A DNA stretch of 43,937 nucleotides from Planctomycetota bacterium (GTDB taxonomy: Bacteria > Planctomycetota > PUPC01): contig PWKM01000150.1 in assembly GCA_003559755.1 (NCBI GenBank), positions 1 through 43,937 on the forward strand, in the 5' to 3' direction. The position numbers and the translations under genes were made by a program. Positions within the stretch are counted from its first letter, which is position 1; each line of letters opens with the position of its first letter. Under the pieces are notes generated by a model that was not told where the DNA came from, ran no database searches, and was given only the letters and a program-made list of their open reading frames with translations. Shown here one piece after another: positions 26,843 to 36,329 of the stretch.

Positions 26843-27610
26843 CTACTCCACAGGTCGGAATCGGGCCATCAGTTCGCCGCTGATGGCGCCCACTTCCAGA
26901 ACGATCTTCTGGACGCGGTTTTTGAAGAACTGGTAGATGCACATAACCGGGATGGCGACGATGAGGCCGAGGAACGTGGTGACCAGTGCGAGCTGGATGT
27001 TTTGTGCGAGGTCGGCCGGTTTCGGGGGGACGTCCGGGTTTGCGATGGCTGCGAACGCACGGATCATGCCGAGCACGGTCCCCAGCAGCCCGAGCATGGG
27101 CGAGATGTTGGCGATGAGTGAGAGGTAGCTGATCTTCTGTTGCAGATCGACTGCGGCCTCTTCTCCCGCCTCGCTCATTGCCTCTTCCATCTGCTTATAA
27201 CCGGCGTTCACCCGGGAGAGGCCGGCTGCGATCACGTTACTGAAGAAGGTCGGCTGTTCCTCGCAGACCATGATGGCCTCCTCATACTCCTCCTGCTCGA
27301 AGCATTCTTCGACATCGGCGAGCAGTTCCGGCGGCATGATTACGCCGCGCCGGATGGTCAGCCCGTGCTCGATGGCCAGGGCGATGGATATGAGGAACAG
27401 GAAGATGATGATGTAGCCGATCAGCCCACCGGCCTGGATGACCTCCAACACGCTCATCGTCTCGGTTGGGTCTTCCTCCGGCTCGGCCGCGGGCGCCGGC
27501 TCCTCGGCCGCCTCAGCGACCATCACGACCGGGGCGCAGAGAAGCAGAACGGCTATTATCAGGATGATGGCGAATGGCTTCCAGCTTCCGGCCCTCCAAC
27601 AATCAGGCAT
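26843..27610 (-). CDS. exbB: MotA/TolQ/ExbB proton-channel protein with N-terminal signal peptide and acidic Pro-rich linker
   Basis: AAGGAGAG RBS 8 nt before ATG 27610. Core motifs: GGLIGYIIIFLFLISIALAIEHG, ISPMLGLLGTVLGMIRAF, ALVTTFLGLIVAIPVMCIYQFFKNR. Confidence 0.9.
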   Translation of the reverse strand: MPDCWRAGSWKPFAIILIIAVLLLCAPVVMVAEAAEEPAPAAEPEEDPTETMSVLEVIQAGGLIGYIIIFLFLISIALAIEHGLTIRRGVIMPPELLADVEECFEQEEYEEAIMVCEEQPTFFSNVIAAGLSRVNAGYKQMEEAMSEAGEEAAVDLQQKISYLSLIANISPMLGLLGTVLGMIRAFAAIANPDVPPKPADLAQNIQLALVTTFLGLIVAIPVMCIYQFFKNRVQKIVLEVGAISGELMARFRPVE

Positions 27611-27699
27611 ACCAGATCTCTCCTTAAAACGAGCCACAATTTCGGGGCCGATGGCTTTTTGGCATCGTGCCCCACGAATTCATTATCCGGTCGATCCGC

Positions 27700-28842
27700 T
27701 CAGCCGCCCAGTTCTCTGAGGCCGGTCCTCGCGTCATCGACCACATCGCTGTCCGGAAAATTCTCGATCAATTCTCGATAGAGGCGACGTGCCCGGGTCC
27801 TGGCGGCGGGGCCGCCGATCTCGACCGAGGCCGTTGCCGCGCCGAACATCGCTTTTGGCCTTTCTCTGCGCGCCTCTGGGTATAGTATATAAACTCTCAT
27901 GTAGGAAAGCACGGCCTGGTTCAGATTAACCTTCTTCTCCGTCTCGTCCTCAGCCCGGCGGCCGGCCTCGAAATGGAGATCGCCCAGTGCCATGTACAGG
28001 CGGAGGCGGTTGGCCCTCTCGGTAATTCTGTCCTCGATGCTGTCGATCCACCGGGTGGCATCGTCCGCCCGCCCGAGGTCGACGAGTACCTGGCCCTTCC
28101 CCACCAGCGCCCGCTGGTAGATATTGCGCACCTGGTCGAGATCGTGTTCCAGGTCGCCCGGGTTTCGGAGTGTCTGTCCGATGTCGTTGACCAGACGCTC
28201 ATAGATGCCCATCGCTTCCTCTTGATTTTCGACTATCAGATGGGCCTCTGCCTGGCCTTCCAGGGCCACGAGCTCCCAGAGCGGGCCATGTTCTGCCATC
28301 TTCCGGTAGGTCTCGATCGCCTGTTCGTGCTGACCGAGTTCGCGGTGGGCCCGGGCCTTGGCTTGAATGGCTTCGAGAACGTAGAAGGAATTGGGGTGTT
28401 CGTCCAATACGACATCGAACTTTTCCAGGGACTCCTCGGCTTTGCCCGTCTCGAGCAGGATTCGCCCGAGGATGACCGCCCTGTATGGCTGATACCAGAA
28501 GCTTCGCGGTTCCGGTTCCACCCCACGCTCGATGAGCGCGAGCGCTCGTTCCCATTCTCCGTCTTCCACCTGCCGGATGGCCTGGGCGAACTGGCGGGCA
28601 TCGCCCCAACCGATCTCTACCACTTCGCGGGATGGGACGGTCTGGATCTCGGCTTGCCTTTCCTGGAAAGCGCGGTAGGCGACGTGCTCGGTTGTGGCTT
28701 CGGTGACGGTAATCTGGCGGACTCTGCTTCCATCGCGTCGGGTGATCGTGTCCGGCATCCTTGGGTCTTCCGCTGCGGCTGCATCGGGGATCGTCAGCCC
28801 GACAACAAGGCCCAGCACGGCTATGCTGAGTAGATATCGCAT
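27700..28842 (-). CDS. Secreted TPR-repeat protein (380 aa)
   Basis: AGGAGG RBS (28851-28856) before ATG 28842. Signal peptide MRYLLSIAVLGLVVGLTIPDAAAA. TPR-like repeats (e.g. FYVLEAIQAKARAHRELGQHEQAIETYRKM). The upstream extension of the ORF to 29079 overlaps the preceding gene and is rejected. Confidence 0.8.
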   Translation of the reverse strand: MRYLLSIAVLGLVVGLTIPDAAAAEDPRMPDTITRRDGSRVRQITVTEATTEHVAYRAFQERQAEIQTVPSREVVEIGWGDARQFAQAIRQVEDGEWERALALIERGVEPEPRSFWYQPYRAVILGRILLETGKAEESLEKFDVVLDEHPNSFYVLEAIQAKARAHRELGQHEQAIETYRKMAEHGPLWELVALEGQAEAHLIVENQEEAMGIYERLVNDIGQTLRNPGDLEHDLDQVRNIYQRALVGKGQVLVDLGRADDATRWIDSIEDRITERANRLRLYMALGDLHFEAGRRAEDETEKKVNLNQAVLSYMRVYILYPEARRERPKAMFGAATASVEIGGPAARTRARRLYRELIENFPDSDVVDDARTGLRELGG

Positions 28843-28858
28843 GGTTGTGGCCTCCTGT

Positions 28859-31800
28859 CTATTGCAGTTTGGTCTTGAGTTCTCTGGCGCGTTCCCGGAC
28901 CTGTTCTTCGTCGGCCCGTTCGATGACCGAATCGATGAACCTGATGAACGTCTCCTGGCCTCCGGCCAGTTCGGGGTCCAGCTCGCGGGCTCTCTCGATG
29001 GCATCCAGAGCACTGCCGTAGTTGTGGCTCTCGATTTCGTCGCGGGCATCGGCCGCCCTGATCCTGACCAGCAAGGCACGCGCCCTGTCCTGTTCCTCGC
29101 CCGGTTCGCTGCGGTTGTAGACCTCCCGGACCACGGATGCCAGCCGGCTGCGAATCTCGGGGCCGCCGAGGGATGGTTCGCCGGCCGCTCGCCGCCGAAT
29201 GACCCGGAGGTTATCGCTGTATCGACCGTCCAGGTTCCAGAGTTCCGCGATGGTTGCGACCACGTCCCACCAGTCTTCGGAATAGGGTGTCAGCCGCCTC
29301 AGAAGTTCGGTGCAATGTTCGAGTGCCTCGTTGAGATAAGCATCGGACCCGGGGGCGAGTTGTTGAGCCGCCTTCGCGAGGTGGAGGCGGGTCGTCGCCC
29401 AGTAGGGCGGAGGGGTTGCGTCTTCATCGTGCTGCAGGCGGCGGTTGTATATTTCGTCGAGCCGGTCGTACTGTTCCTTGAGTTCGATGTATGCTTCCTC
29501 ATACTGGCCGGTGTGGTAGTACGCCGTGCCCAGCAGGATGCGGGCCCTTTCGAGCTGCACCTGTTGGGTCCTTGTGAGGAGCGGGTCGCCCTCGAACCGT
29601 TCGAGGAAGAGTTCCAGGAACGGGAGCCCCTCGTTCAGGCGGTCCTGGCGATGGAATTCGCCGACTGCCCAGTACAGCGTCTCGTAGGGCTGTTCGGGAT
29701 TCCTGTTGATCATCGCGGTCACGATGTCGAGGGCCCGGTTGGCCGACTGGGAAGCGATGTCGCGTTTTTCTTGGATTTGCTCCCGGAGCCCTCTCCGTTC
29801 AGCGGGTTCCTCGGCCTGTTCCGCCTGTGCCTCGAGCTCTTGTGCTTCGCTTCGGGATGTCCGGGCGTTTGCAGCGTGAGCACGGAACCGTGCTTCGTCC
29901 GCCGCTCTCAGCAGCCGCTCTCCCTGGGGCTGTCTCTCCTCGTCCATCTCCAGGACGACCCGTTCCAACTGGGCATAGGCGTCTTCCGCATCGTCCAGGA
30001 GTTCCAGTCGTACCAGCGCCTGTACGCGATAGTAGCTGACGGCCGGATGGTAGACAGCGGCATCGGGGAACCGTCCGACGAAGTTCTCGGTCAGTTCGAG
30101 ATAGGCCTCGTAATCCTCGCGGCCCGGCCAGATATAGATTCGGCTGAGCCCATAGACGGCGGCGGGCATGAGCCGAGCGCGCCGTCGGTTGACGGCGGAA
30201 TAGATCGATTCCTGCTCGGCCCGTTCCATGAACCGCAGAAAATCGGCTTTGGCCTGATCGAGCAAAGAGCTGCTCCGCTGGGGGGCTTCGTTTCGCAACT
30301 GCTGGGCCCAGAGCATCCGTGCCTCGGCGGTCTTCACGATCGCCGCCTCGTAGTAGACCGAGTCCTCGGGGATTTCCGCCAAGCTGGCGACGGCCTCCTC
30401 GAATTCGCTGCTGGCGATGTGTCGGAGGGCGTCCTCGTACATCCGGGGCTCGCCTCCAAACGTCTCGAGGAACCAGTTCCTGACCCATTGGTACAGCAGT
30501 TCGTCGGCTTCGTCCCCGGTCGCGTCCCGCTGCTGCCGGAGCATCAGGCGGGCCAGCCGGCCGTAGGTCTCCTCCTGCTCTCCGCCTTTGCCCGAGGAGA
30601 CGATGTGGCGGTAGACGGTGAATGCCTCGTGGAACATGTTTTCCTGGCGGTAGGCCATTGCCAGGAGTTGGAAGGCCGTTGTGCGTTGTTCGGAGGTAAT
30701 CTGGTCGCCGAACTCCAGAAGCTGCGGGATGAGGCGGATCAGGGCTTCGTTGTCGCGCGCCCGATGTGCTTCGGAGATCTGGCGCATGACGGCTCGCGGC
30801 CCCATGCCGTCGAGTCCATACCGCTGGCGGAGCGAGATGGCCTGCCCTTCCCACTGGGGATGCTGCTCGGAGAGGCGCTCCAGCAGGGTGTTGGCCCGTT
30901 CCTGTGCTTCTTCCGCCCGTTCTTCCCGGCCGCCTTCACGCAGGCGACTGGCGAGCATCAGGATGAGTTCTCCCCGGGCAATCAGGGCCTCCGGCATCTC
31001 GATGCCATCGAGGTACCGGATGGCCTCTTCGATTTTTTCGCTGTCCTGGTTGGCCATGGCCAGTGCCCGGACCGCCTTCGTCCGATGCTCCCACAACCTG
31101 AGCTCGTCGGTGAGCTGCGGAACAGATTCCATTGCGTCCTCGATGAGGAGCAGGTTCATTTCTGCGCTTCGTTGGGCCTGTCTGTAATCTTCGGCGGCGA
31201 GGTATGCCCGGGACAGGGTCAACTGTCCGATGATGGTCTCGCCACGCAGCCCGTATTCAGGGCAGAGGATTTCGAGGTGCTCAATGGTCTTTTGCAGCAG
31301 TTCATTTCGCCGTTCGGTCTCTCTGGGGGGGAGTGCCTGATAGTAGGCGAACCTTGTGCGGTTGAGTTCATAGCCGGCGTTGGCGTGCTTGCCCTGCAGC
31401 TCGCCGAGTATTCTCAGCCACTCTTGCAGTTGGGCTCGGTCGTCCGGTCGTTGTTTCTCGTGTTCTTCCAGCGCCTGGGCCGCCACATCAGTAAGCCGTT
31501 CCAGCCCCTCAATCGCGCGTTCGAAGGCCTGGGACATCCTCTGGAGGAGTTGATCCCGCTGGTCACCGCTGGCCACTGCGGCCCGATTGGCATATTGCTC
31601 GGCCTGGGCGCGCAGGCGGAGAAACTCGGCGACAGTCCCCACTCTTGCCGAAGGGTCCAACTCTTCCAGTTCCGCACTGTACCGATCGACGTATTCCTGG
31701 TGACGGGCGCGTTTGGCATCCGCCTCGGCGCTGGACAGGTGCCCGTGGACGGCGCCGGCAAACTCCCGATGGGCGGCGAGAAGGGCGTTCAGGGCCTTGG

Positions 31801-31987
31801 CCCGCTGGCCCTCGTCTTCAATCTCGTCCAGGCGATTCTCGAGCACCTCGATGCCCAGATCGGGGAAACCGCGCTCGACGAGGCCGGCCCCAAAATCGAT
31901 ATCTTCGTCAAGTGGCGCTGCCGCTGCCGACGACGCCATAAGCCCGGCCAGGAGTAGAGCAGAACTCAATGTGATAACCAATCGCAT
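28859..31987 (-). CDS. Secreted giant TPR-repeat protein (1042 aa)
   Basis: AGGAG RBS. Signal peptide MRLVITLSSALLLAGLMASSAAAAP. Helical-repeat composition rich in Ala/Leu/Glu/Arg/Tyr throughout. GC3-rich codons in this frame, whereas the 1087-aa antisense ORF is Gly/Pro/Arg-rich shadow. Confidence 0.85.
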   Translation of the reverse strand: MRLVITLSSALLLAGLMASSAAAAPLDEDIDFGAGLVERGFPDLGIEVLENRLDEIEDEGQRAKALNALLAAHREFAGAVHGHLSSAEADAKRARHQEYVDRYSAELEELDPSARVGTVAEFLRLRAQAEQYANRAAVASGDQRDQLLQRMSQAFERAIEGLERLTDVAAQALEEHEKQRPDDRAQLQEWLRILGELQGKHANAGYELNRTRFAYYQALPPRETERRNELLQKTIEHLEILCPEYGLRGETIIGQLTLSRAYLAAEDYRQAQRSAEMNLLLIEDAMESVPQLTDELRLWEHRTKAVRALAMANQDSEKIEEAIRYLDGIEMPEALIARGELILMLASRLREGGREERAEEAQERANTLLERLSEQHPQWEGQAISLRQRYGLDGMGPRAVMRQISEAHRARDNEALIRLIPQLLEFGDQITSEQRTTAFQLLAMAYRQENMFHEAFTVYRHIVSSGKGGEQEETYGRLARLMLRQQRDATGDEADELLYQWVRNWFLETFGGEPRMYEDALRHIASSEFEEAVASLAEIPEDSVYYEAAIVKTAEARMLWAQQLRNEAPQRSSSLLDQAKADFLRFMERAEQESIYSAVNRRRARLMPAAVYGLSRIYIWPGREDYEAYLELTENFVGRFPDAAVYHPAVSYYRVQALVRLELLDDAEDAYAQLERVVLEMDEERQPQGERLLRAADEARFRAHAANARTSRSEAQELEAQAEQAEEPAERRGLREQIQEKRDIASQSANRALDIVTAMINRNPEQPYETLYWAVGEFHRQDRLNEGLPFLELFLERFEGDPLLTRTQQVQLERARILLGTAYYHTGQYEEAYIELKEQYDRLDEIYNRRLQHDEDATPPPYWATTRLHLAKAAQQLAPGSDAYLNEALEHCTELLRRLTPYSEDWWDVVATIAELWNLDGRYSDNLRVIRRRAAGEPSLGGPEIRSRLASVVREVYNRSEPGEEQDRARALLVRIRAADARDEIESHNYGSALDAIERARELDPELAGGQETFIRFIDSVIERADEEQVRERARELKTKLQ

Positions 31988-32312
31988 CAGCGAAGCTCCT
32001 GGAATGATGGGAACAATTTCCTTTGTTATTCTAATAAACGAAAGGAAGGGCCAAAAAGTTCACGACCACCGGCAAAATTGCCCAATATCAGCCCGGCGGG
32101 CTTGCAGCCCCGCCCGCGAGCTGACGTTGCGACAACACCAGGTCAGATAGTGAAGCAGACTGACACGACCGGATACTCGTCCGGCCCCGGCCGAACAAAC
32201 GTTCTTGAACTTTGCCCCGGCCCAACTCGGGAGACAGGCATTGGCAAAGGCACTGCACCGCCACACAGCAAACGAACGGGTGACAACATCAATTGGTAGT
32301 AGTATCGGCCGG

Positions 32313-32906
32313 CTACTCTTTCTGTTCAATAATATGTGCGGTGACCAGGACGATCAGGTTATTTCGTGAGATGATCCTGCGACGGCTCCTGAAGAGGCCG
32401 CCAATGAGCGGGAGGTCGCCGAGAATGGGAAGTTTGGCATGCCCCTCAGCGTCGACCGCCTCGGCAAGCCCACCGATGAGCAGCGTCCCGCCGTCGGGCA
32501 CCGATACGGTGGTCATCACCTGCCGGGTGCTGATGGTGGGCAGTTGGACGAACCGCTCGAGAGCTACCGCCAGGCGTTCGTCATCATCATCGTCAACATC
32601 AAGCAAATCGAGGTCCTCACGGGTCGCGAAACCAAAGCGATCTATTTGCTCCGCTACATTGACCTGGGGCCTGAGCTCGAGTGTGATGTATCGGCGGTCG
32701 GCGCTGACGAACGGTTGGACCTCGAGGGTGATGCCGCTGTTGACCTGCCCGATCTCGGGCTGCTCGTCGGCGTCATAACTTCTGACGTAGCTCGTTCTCG
32801 TGGCGATGGTGACGAACGCCCGCTGGGTATTGAAGCAGGTGACGCGCGGTGCGGTCAGGATGTTGCCTCTCTTTTCCTTTCGGACGGCGTTGATGATTGC
32901 CCGAAC
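32313..32906 (-). CDS. Secretin (GspD/PilQ family) C-terminal secretin domain; in-frame continuation of the upstream ORF after a TAG codon
   Basis: My own translation from directly after TAG (32909-32907) reads VRAIINAVRKEKRGNILTAPRVTCFNTQRAFVTIAT...VQLPTISTRQVMTTVSVPDGGTLLIGGL...KLPILGDLPLIGGLFRSRRRIISRNNLIVLVTAHII. These are canonical secretin motifs. No convincing independent start or RBS. Confidence 0.8.
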   Translation of the reverse strand, partial: VRAIINAVRKEKRGNILTAPRVTCFNTQRAFVTIATRTSYVRSYDADEQPEIGQVNSGITLEVQPFVSADRRYITLELRPQVNVAEQIDRFGFATREDLDLLDVDDDDDERLAVALERFVQLPTISTRQVMTTVSVPDGGTLLIGGLAEAVDAEGHAKLPILGDLPLIGGLFRSRRRIISRNNLIVLVTAHIIEQKE

Positions 32907-34682
32907 CTACCAGCTATTGAGGAACCCGGTCATCAGCCGCATCCCGGCCTCTTCCCCGACTTGCTGGTGGCCCATTCTGGCGAAGGGGCCGGACTCGAGA
33001 GGCATGTCAATGCCGAGGCCGAATTGGGTCCGAATGCCCGGCCTGTAAAACCCGTATCGGCCGTCCGGGCCCACCCCTGTCCACCGGATACTCAACTCGT
33101 CGAGAAAGTCCTCTTCTACCTCGATAAACCGCGCCATGATGGCGACCTGGACGGCCCGCGCCCGTCGGAAGCTGGCGAGCAGTTCCCGAATTTCTTCCTG
33201 GACCTCGGGCGAGTGGGTGACAACCAGCCGGCCGGTGCGGTATGCAATGCGGTTCTGGCCGACCCCGCCCTCGATGTCCCAAGTGCCGGGTGCGATGGCT
33301 TCGCGGATGAAGGACATCCAGCGGTCCCCCTCGATCTCGTGCTCCATCCTCTTGACGTCATCCTGCCCCGAACTGGAACTGAACCAACTGCGGTCGTCCT
33401 TCCGCCGCTGGAACTCGGGCGTCCCGATGCCGCCGTCGGACATCTCGGTGTTGAAGTCCCTCGGCTGGATGGTCAGGTCGGAGATGTCGTGCCACATGGT
33501 GACCGGCCGCTCGGCCAAGCCTTCCTCGTTGGAGATGAACACGGCGCCATCCCGGATACGCCAGTCGAGGTTCGCGTTTTGCAACCGAACAAGGAAATTG
33601 AGCACGCTCTCCATCGGTGCGTTCCGCATCCGGAGGCTGACCGGCTCGACCGTGGGAAGGATGGTCGGGTCGACGATAATGTTGAGATCGCCGGCCGCTC
33701 GCATGTAGTCGATGGCTTCCTCGAACGGACGCCCGTCGAACTGGACGCTGATCCGGGTGGCCTTGAGTCGGGCCTGGATCTCCTTCTGGGTTCGTTCGTC
33801 GTCGTCTGACACACGCGGCTGCCGAGTGATCAGGCCGGACGTCTCGGGAGCCGGTCGGCGCAGCCGACTGCTGACCGGTTCCGGTCGGATGGTGTCGTAA
33901 CCCATCTCGCTCAGGTCGGTGGACATCATCTCGCCGACCATCCGGTCGGCCCGTGAGATCATCCCTTGAAGCCCCGGCTCCACGTCGATTCGTTCCTCGG
34001 GAACGGGGGGGGACCTGTCGGGCGCGGGGGCAGTGGGGACGGCCGTCTCGAGGGTGGGCTCGTCGCCCGACCGGCTCAGCAGGCCTTCCATCTGGAGCGC
34101 CCTTGCCCGCCTCAGGCCGGCCTCGGCCTGGTTGACAAGCTCCGGGAACCGCTCGTTGATGGGCTGGAGGACGTTAATGGCCTGGTCGAACCTGGCGGTC
34201 GATTCGTTGTAATCGCCGTCCGCGATGCCGGCCTGTCCGGCGTTGATGAGTTCCTCGGCCCTTGTTCTCAGGGCTTCCGGGCTGTTCAAGCCGGCGGTGT
34301 CTGCTCCCGCCTGACTGGTCTCCTGAGCCGGGGGCTGGGGCAGTGAGGACATTTCTGCCTCGCCGGGTGTCTCCGGCTGCAGAACGGGTTCGGATGAGGG
34401 AGCCGCAACCGCCTCATCGCCCGCTCTTTCTGTCGCCTGTTCGAGGCCCTGGCGGGCGGCATCCAGGTCGGGGTCGCAGTTGAGTGCGGCTCGGAAGTGT
34501 TCGACCGCCTGGGCATATTCCCCTGCGGCGAGCAGTTCCTGCCCCCTTTCCATGAACCCGATGGCGACGCTCCTTAACGGGCTGACATCGGCCGCCGCGG
34601 TGCCTGGCACGGACATGGTCGCACAAACAAGTAAGCCAGCGAGCAGGATTTTCGTAATCAAGTCGAGCCCTCTTTCTTCCAT
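32907..34682 (-). CDS. Secretin N-terminal part (signal peptide, TPR-like head, N-domains, start of the secretin domain), ending at an in-frame TAG
   Basis: GGGAGACC RBS before ATG 34682. Signal peptide ITKILLAGLLVCATMSVPGTAAA. TPR-like AAGEYAQAVEHFRAALNCDPDLDAARQGL. N0/STN-like ISVQFDGRPFEEAIDYMRAAGDLNIIVD...VSLRMRNAPMESVLNFLV. Ring-building VQVAIMARFIEVEEDFLDEL. Confidence 0.8.
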   Translation of the reverse strand: MEERGLDLITKILLAGLLVCATMSVPGTAAADVSPLRSVAIGFMERGQELLAAGEYAQAVEHFRAALNCDPDLDAARQGLEQATERAGDEAVAAPSSEPVLQPETPGEAEMSSLPQPPAQETSQAGADTAGLNSPEALRTRAEELINAGQAGIADGDYNESTARFDQAINVLQPINERFPELVNQAEAGLRRARALQMEGLLSRSGDEPTLETAVPTAPAPDRSPPVPEERIDVEPGLQGMISRADRMVGEMMSTDLSEMGYDTIRPEPVSSRLRRPAPETSGLITRQPRVSDDDERTQKEIQARLKATRISVQFDGRPFEEAIDYMRAAGDLNIIVDPTILPTVEPVSLRMRNAPMESVLNFLVRLQNANLDWRIRDGAVFISNEEGLAERPVTMWHDISDLTIQPRDFNTEMSDGGIGTPEFQRRKDDRSWFSSSSGQDDVKRMEHEIEGDRWMSFIREAIAPGTWDIEGGVGQNRIAYRTGRLVVTHSPEVQEEIRELLASFRRARAVQVAIMARFIEVEEDFLDELSIRWTGVGPDGRYGFYRPGIRTQFGLGIDMPLESGPFARMGHQQVGEEAGMRLMTGFLNSW

Positions 34683-34910
34683 AGTGTCGGTCTCCCTACT
34701 ACACTTGCGCCCGCCGGGCGGCGAAACAACATATAAGGGGCCTGCCCGGCCACGATAAAAAACTGATTCCAGGCCGCCTCGAACAGGATGGCGGCCACCA
34801 GATTGGCAGGGGATGGAGGCGCATCGCAACGCGTGACAGGAGGCCGGTACGCGCCCGGCAACCCTTGCGCCTGTTCCCGTTTCTCAAAAATACATCCATG
34901 ATCGGTTCGT

Positions 34911-36299
34911 TTACTCCGGTCGCATCTGGTCCGCCTGGCCGCGAATCTCTTCCATTACATGGGCCGGCCAGAGCACCTTTATACGTCCTCTTTGATCAAT
35001 AAGCAAGGCCTTTGGGTCTCTTCTTTCATATTCGCGTCCCGCTCGAACCCGTACCCACGTCTGCCGGGGCAGAACATCCAGCAGGCGATAGCCGGTGGAG
35101 AAGTCGATCGGCTCATCGAACCGGAGCACCGAGCGACCGGGCCGGCGCTCGACGTGTCGGCTGAGCTGCCAGCCCACCGGCTGGCCCGGTCTGACTGCGA
35201 ATCTCGCCCGTACCTCGACCATCCTCGGCTCGCCGATTTCGTCCTCGCCCTCCTGATCGGGATCGAGATGGGGGACGGTTGTGGTGACGTAGAACGAGGC
35301 GCGGTCGGCGCTGGCCGTGATGAACTCGATCTGGAACGGCTCTTCCACCTGCACGGGCAGAGGCCCGGCCTGTTCACTGGTCACCGTCGGCTCGTCGCCC
35401 GGCCCGAGTTCAACAGCGAACAACACATATTCATAGTCGACGCTCGGGACCAGATCGCGGTCCTGATAGATGAAGGTGCGGTCCTTGAACACGACCGGAT
35501 CGGGCAACGGGGTCTGATCGGCGGCCCGTGTTTCCAGAACGATGCCGTCGGGCGGAACGACCTCGGGGTCGAGGTCGACGTCTTTCACCACCGCCCGAAG
35601 GAGGAGCACGGGGGACTCGTCGCCGGCCCTGCGATACAGCCGATATTCGTGGACCTCGGCGTTTACCGCCTCGGGCTGCCCCCACGAGAGCCGAGCCCGG
35701 GCATCCTGGACCGCGACGGAGAAGCGGGGCGGGCGGGCGATCCTCCGCAGTTCCGGCGGGGCCACAGTGACCGGAACAACCACGATGATCTCGTCGGCCC
35801 TTCGCAACGTGACCTGCGTCCTGCCCGCGGAACGGGGTGTCAGCCGAAGGACCTGCTCGGCCGTGATGATCTGGGCTTCGACGATGTCCGGGTGCTGCAC
35901 ATGGACTGCGGCGTCCCACTCCTGGTCGACCAACTCGACATCTACGGTCTCGTCCGGCTCGTCGAGTGACAGCCGGACTGTTGCGACCTGTCGAGCGTCC
36001 GGGGGTGCGACGGGCCTCTCCGGGGCGGGCAGTTCGACCTGCGACACCTTGATATCGGGCCGGAGTTCGCCGATGGAGGCGGTGAGGTAATCCTTGTCAA
36101 GCGGCGGCATTTCGTAGCTCGACGCTTCCTGTTTCCGGAGCAGGTTCTCGATGCGCGCTTCGACATCCGCCGGCGACACTTCCGGGACGGGTCGAGCCAG
36201 CAGCGCGCGGCCGACAAATACTATGGCAAGCAGTGCCAACAAGGCGACAATCGCCTTGTCGACCACTCGGAAAAGGACGCCTCCTGCTGAACTAGCCAT
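34911..36299 (-). CDS. Bitopic hypothetical protein in the PilP position of the pilus-like cluster (462 aa, FN3-like segment)
   Basis: N-terminal TM (AIVALLALLAIVFVGRALLA). FN3-like ARLSWGQPEAVNAEVHEYRLYRRAGD. Good GC3 coding signal. Located between the PilO-position gene and the secretin. Confidence 0.65.
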   Translation of the reverse strand: MASSAGGVLFRVVDKAIVALLALLAIVFVGRALLARPVPEVSPADVEARIENLLRKQEASSYEMPPLDKDYLTASIGELRPDIKVSQVELPAPERPVAPPDARQVATVRLSLDEPDETVDVELVDQEWDAAVHVQHPDIVEAQIITAEQVLRLTPRSAGRTQVTLRRADEIIVVVPVTVAPPELRRIARPPRFSVAVQDARARLSWGQPEAVNAEVHEYRLYRRAGDESPVLLLRAVVKDVDLDPEVVPPDGIVLETRAADQTPLPDPVVFKDRTFIYQDRDLVPSVDYEYVLFAVELGPGDEPTVTSEQAGPLPVQVEEPFQIEFITASADRASFYVTTTVPHLDPDQEGEDEIGEPRMVEVRARFAVRPGQPVGWQLSRHVERRPGRSVLRFDEPIDFSTGYRLLDVLPRQTWVRVRAGREYERRDPKALLIDQRGRIKVLWPAHVMEEIRGQADQMRPE

Positions 36300-36329
36300 C
36301 TCGTTCTCTTATTCCTGTTTGTCGCTCGA

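Noticed and set aside
28694-31957. 1087-aa plus-strand ORF, the longest in the window
   Set aside because: It is exactly antisense to the 1042-aa TPR gene, which has an RBS, a signal peptide, coherent helical-repeat composition and GC3-rich codons. The plus-frame product is Gly/Pro/Arg/Leu-rich with no motif, which is a typical stop-poor shadow ORF of GC-rich DNA.
32907-32909. TAG as a recoded sense codon (pyrrolysine or a reassigned amber)
   Set aside because: TAG is the apparent terminator of several well-delimited genes here (8544, 24071, 28859, 36330). No pyl genes or PYLIS-like context are visible. Error, nonsense mutation or low-level readthrough are more parsimonious, and this is kept as a finding only in that sense.
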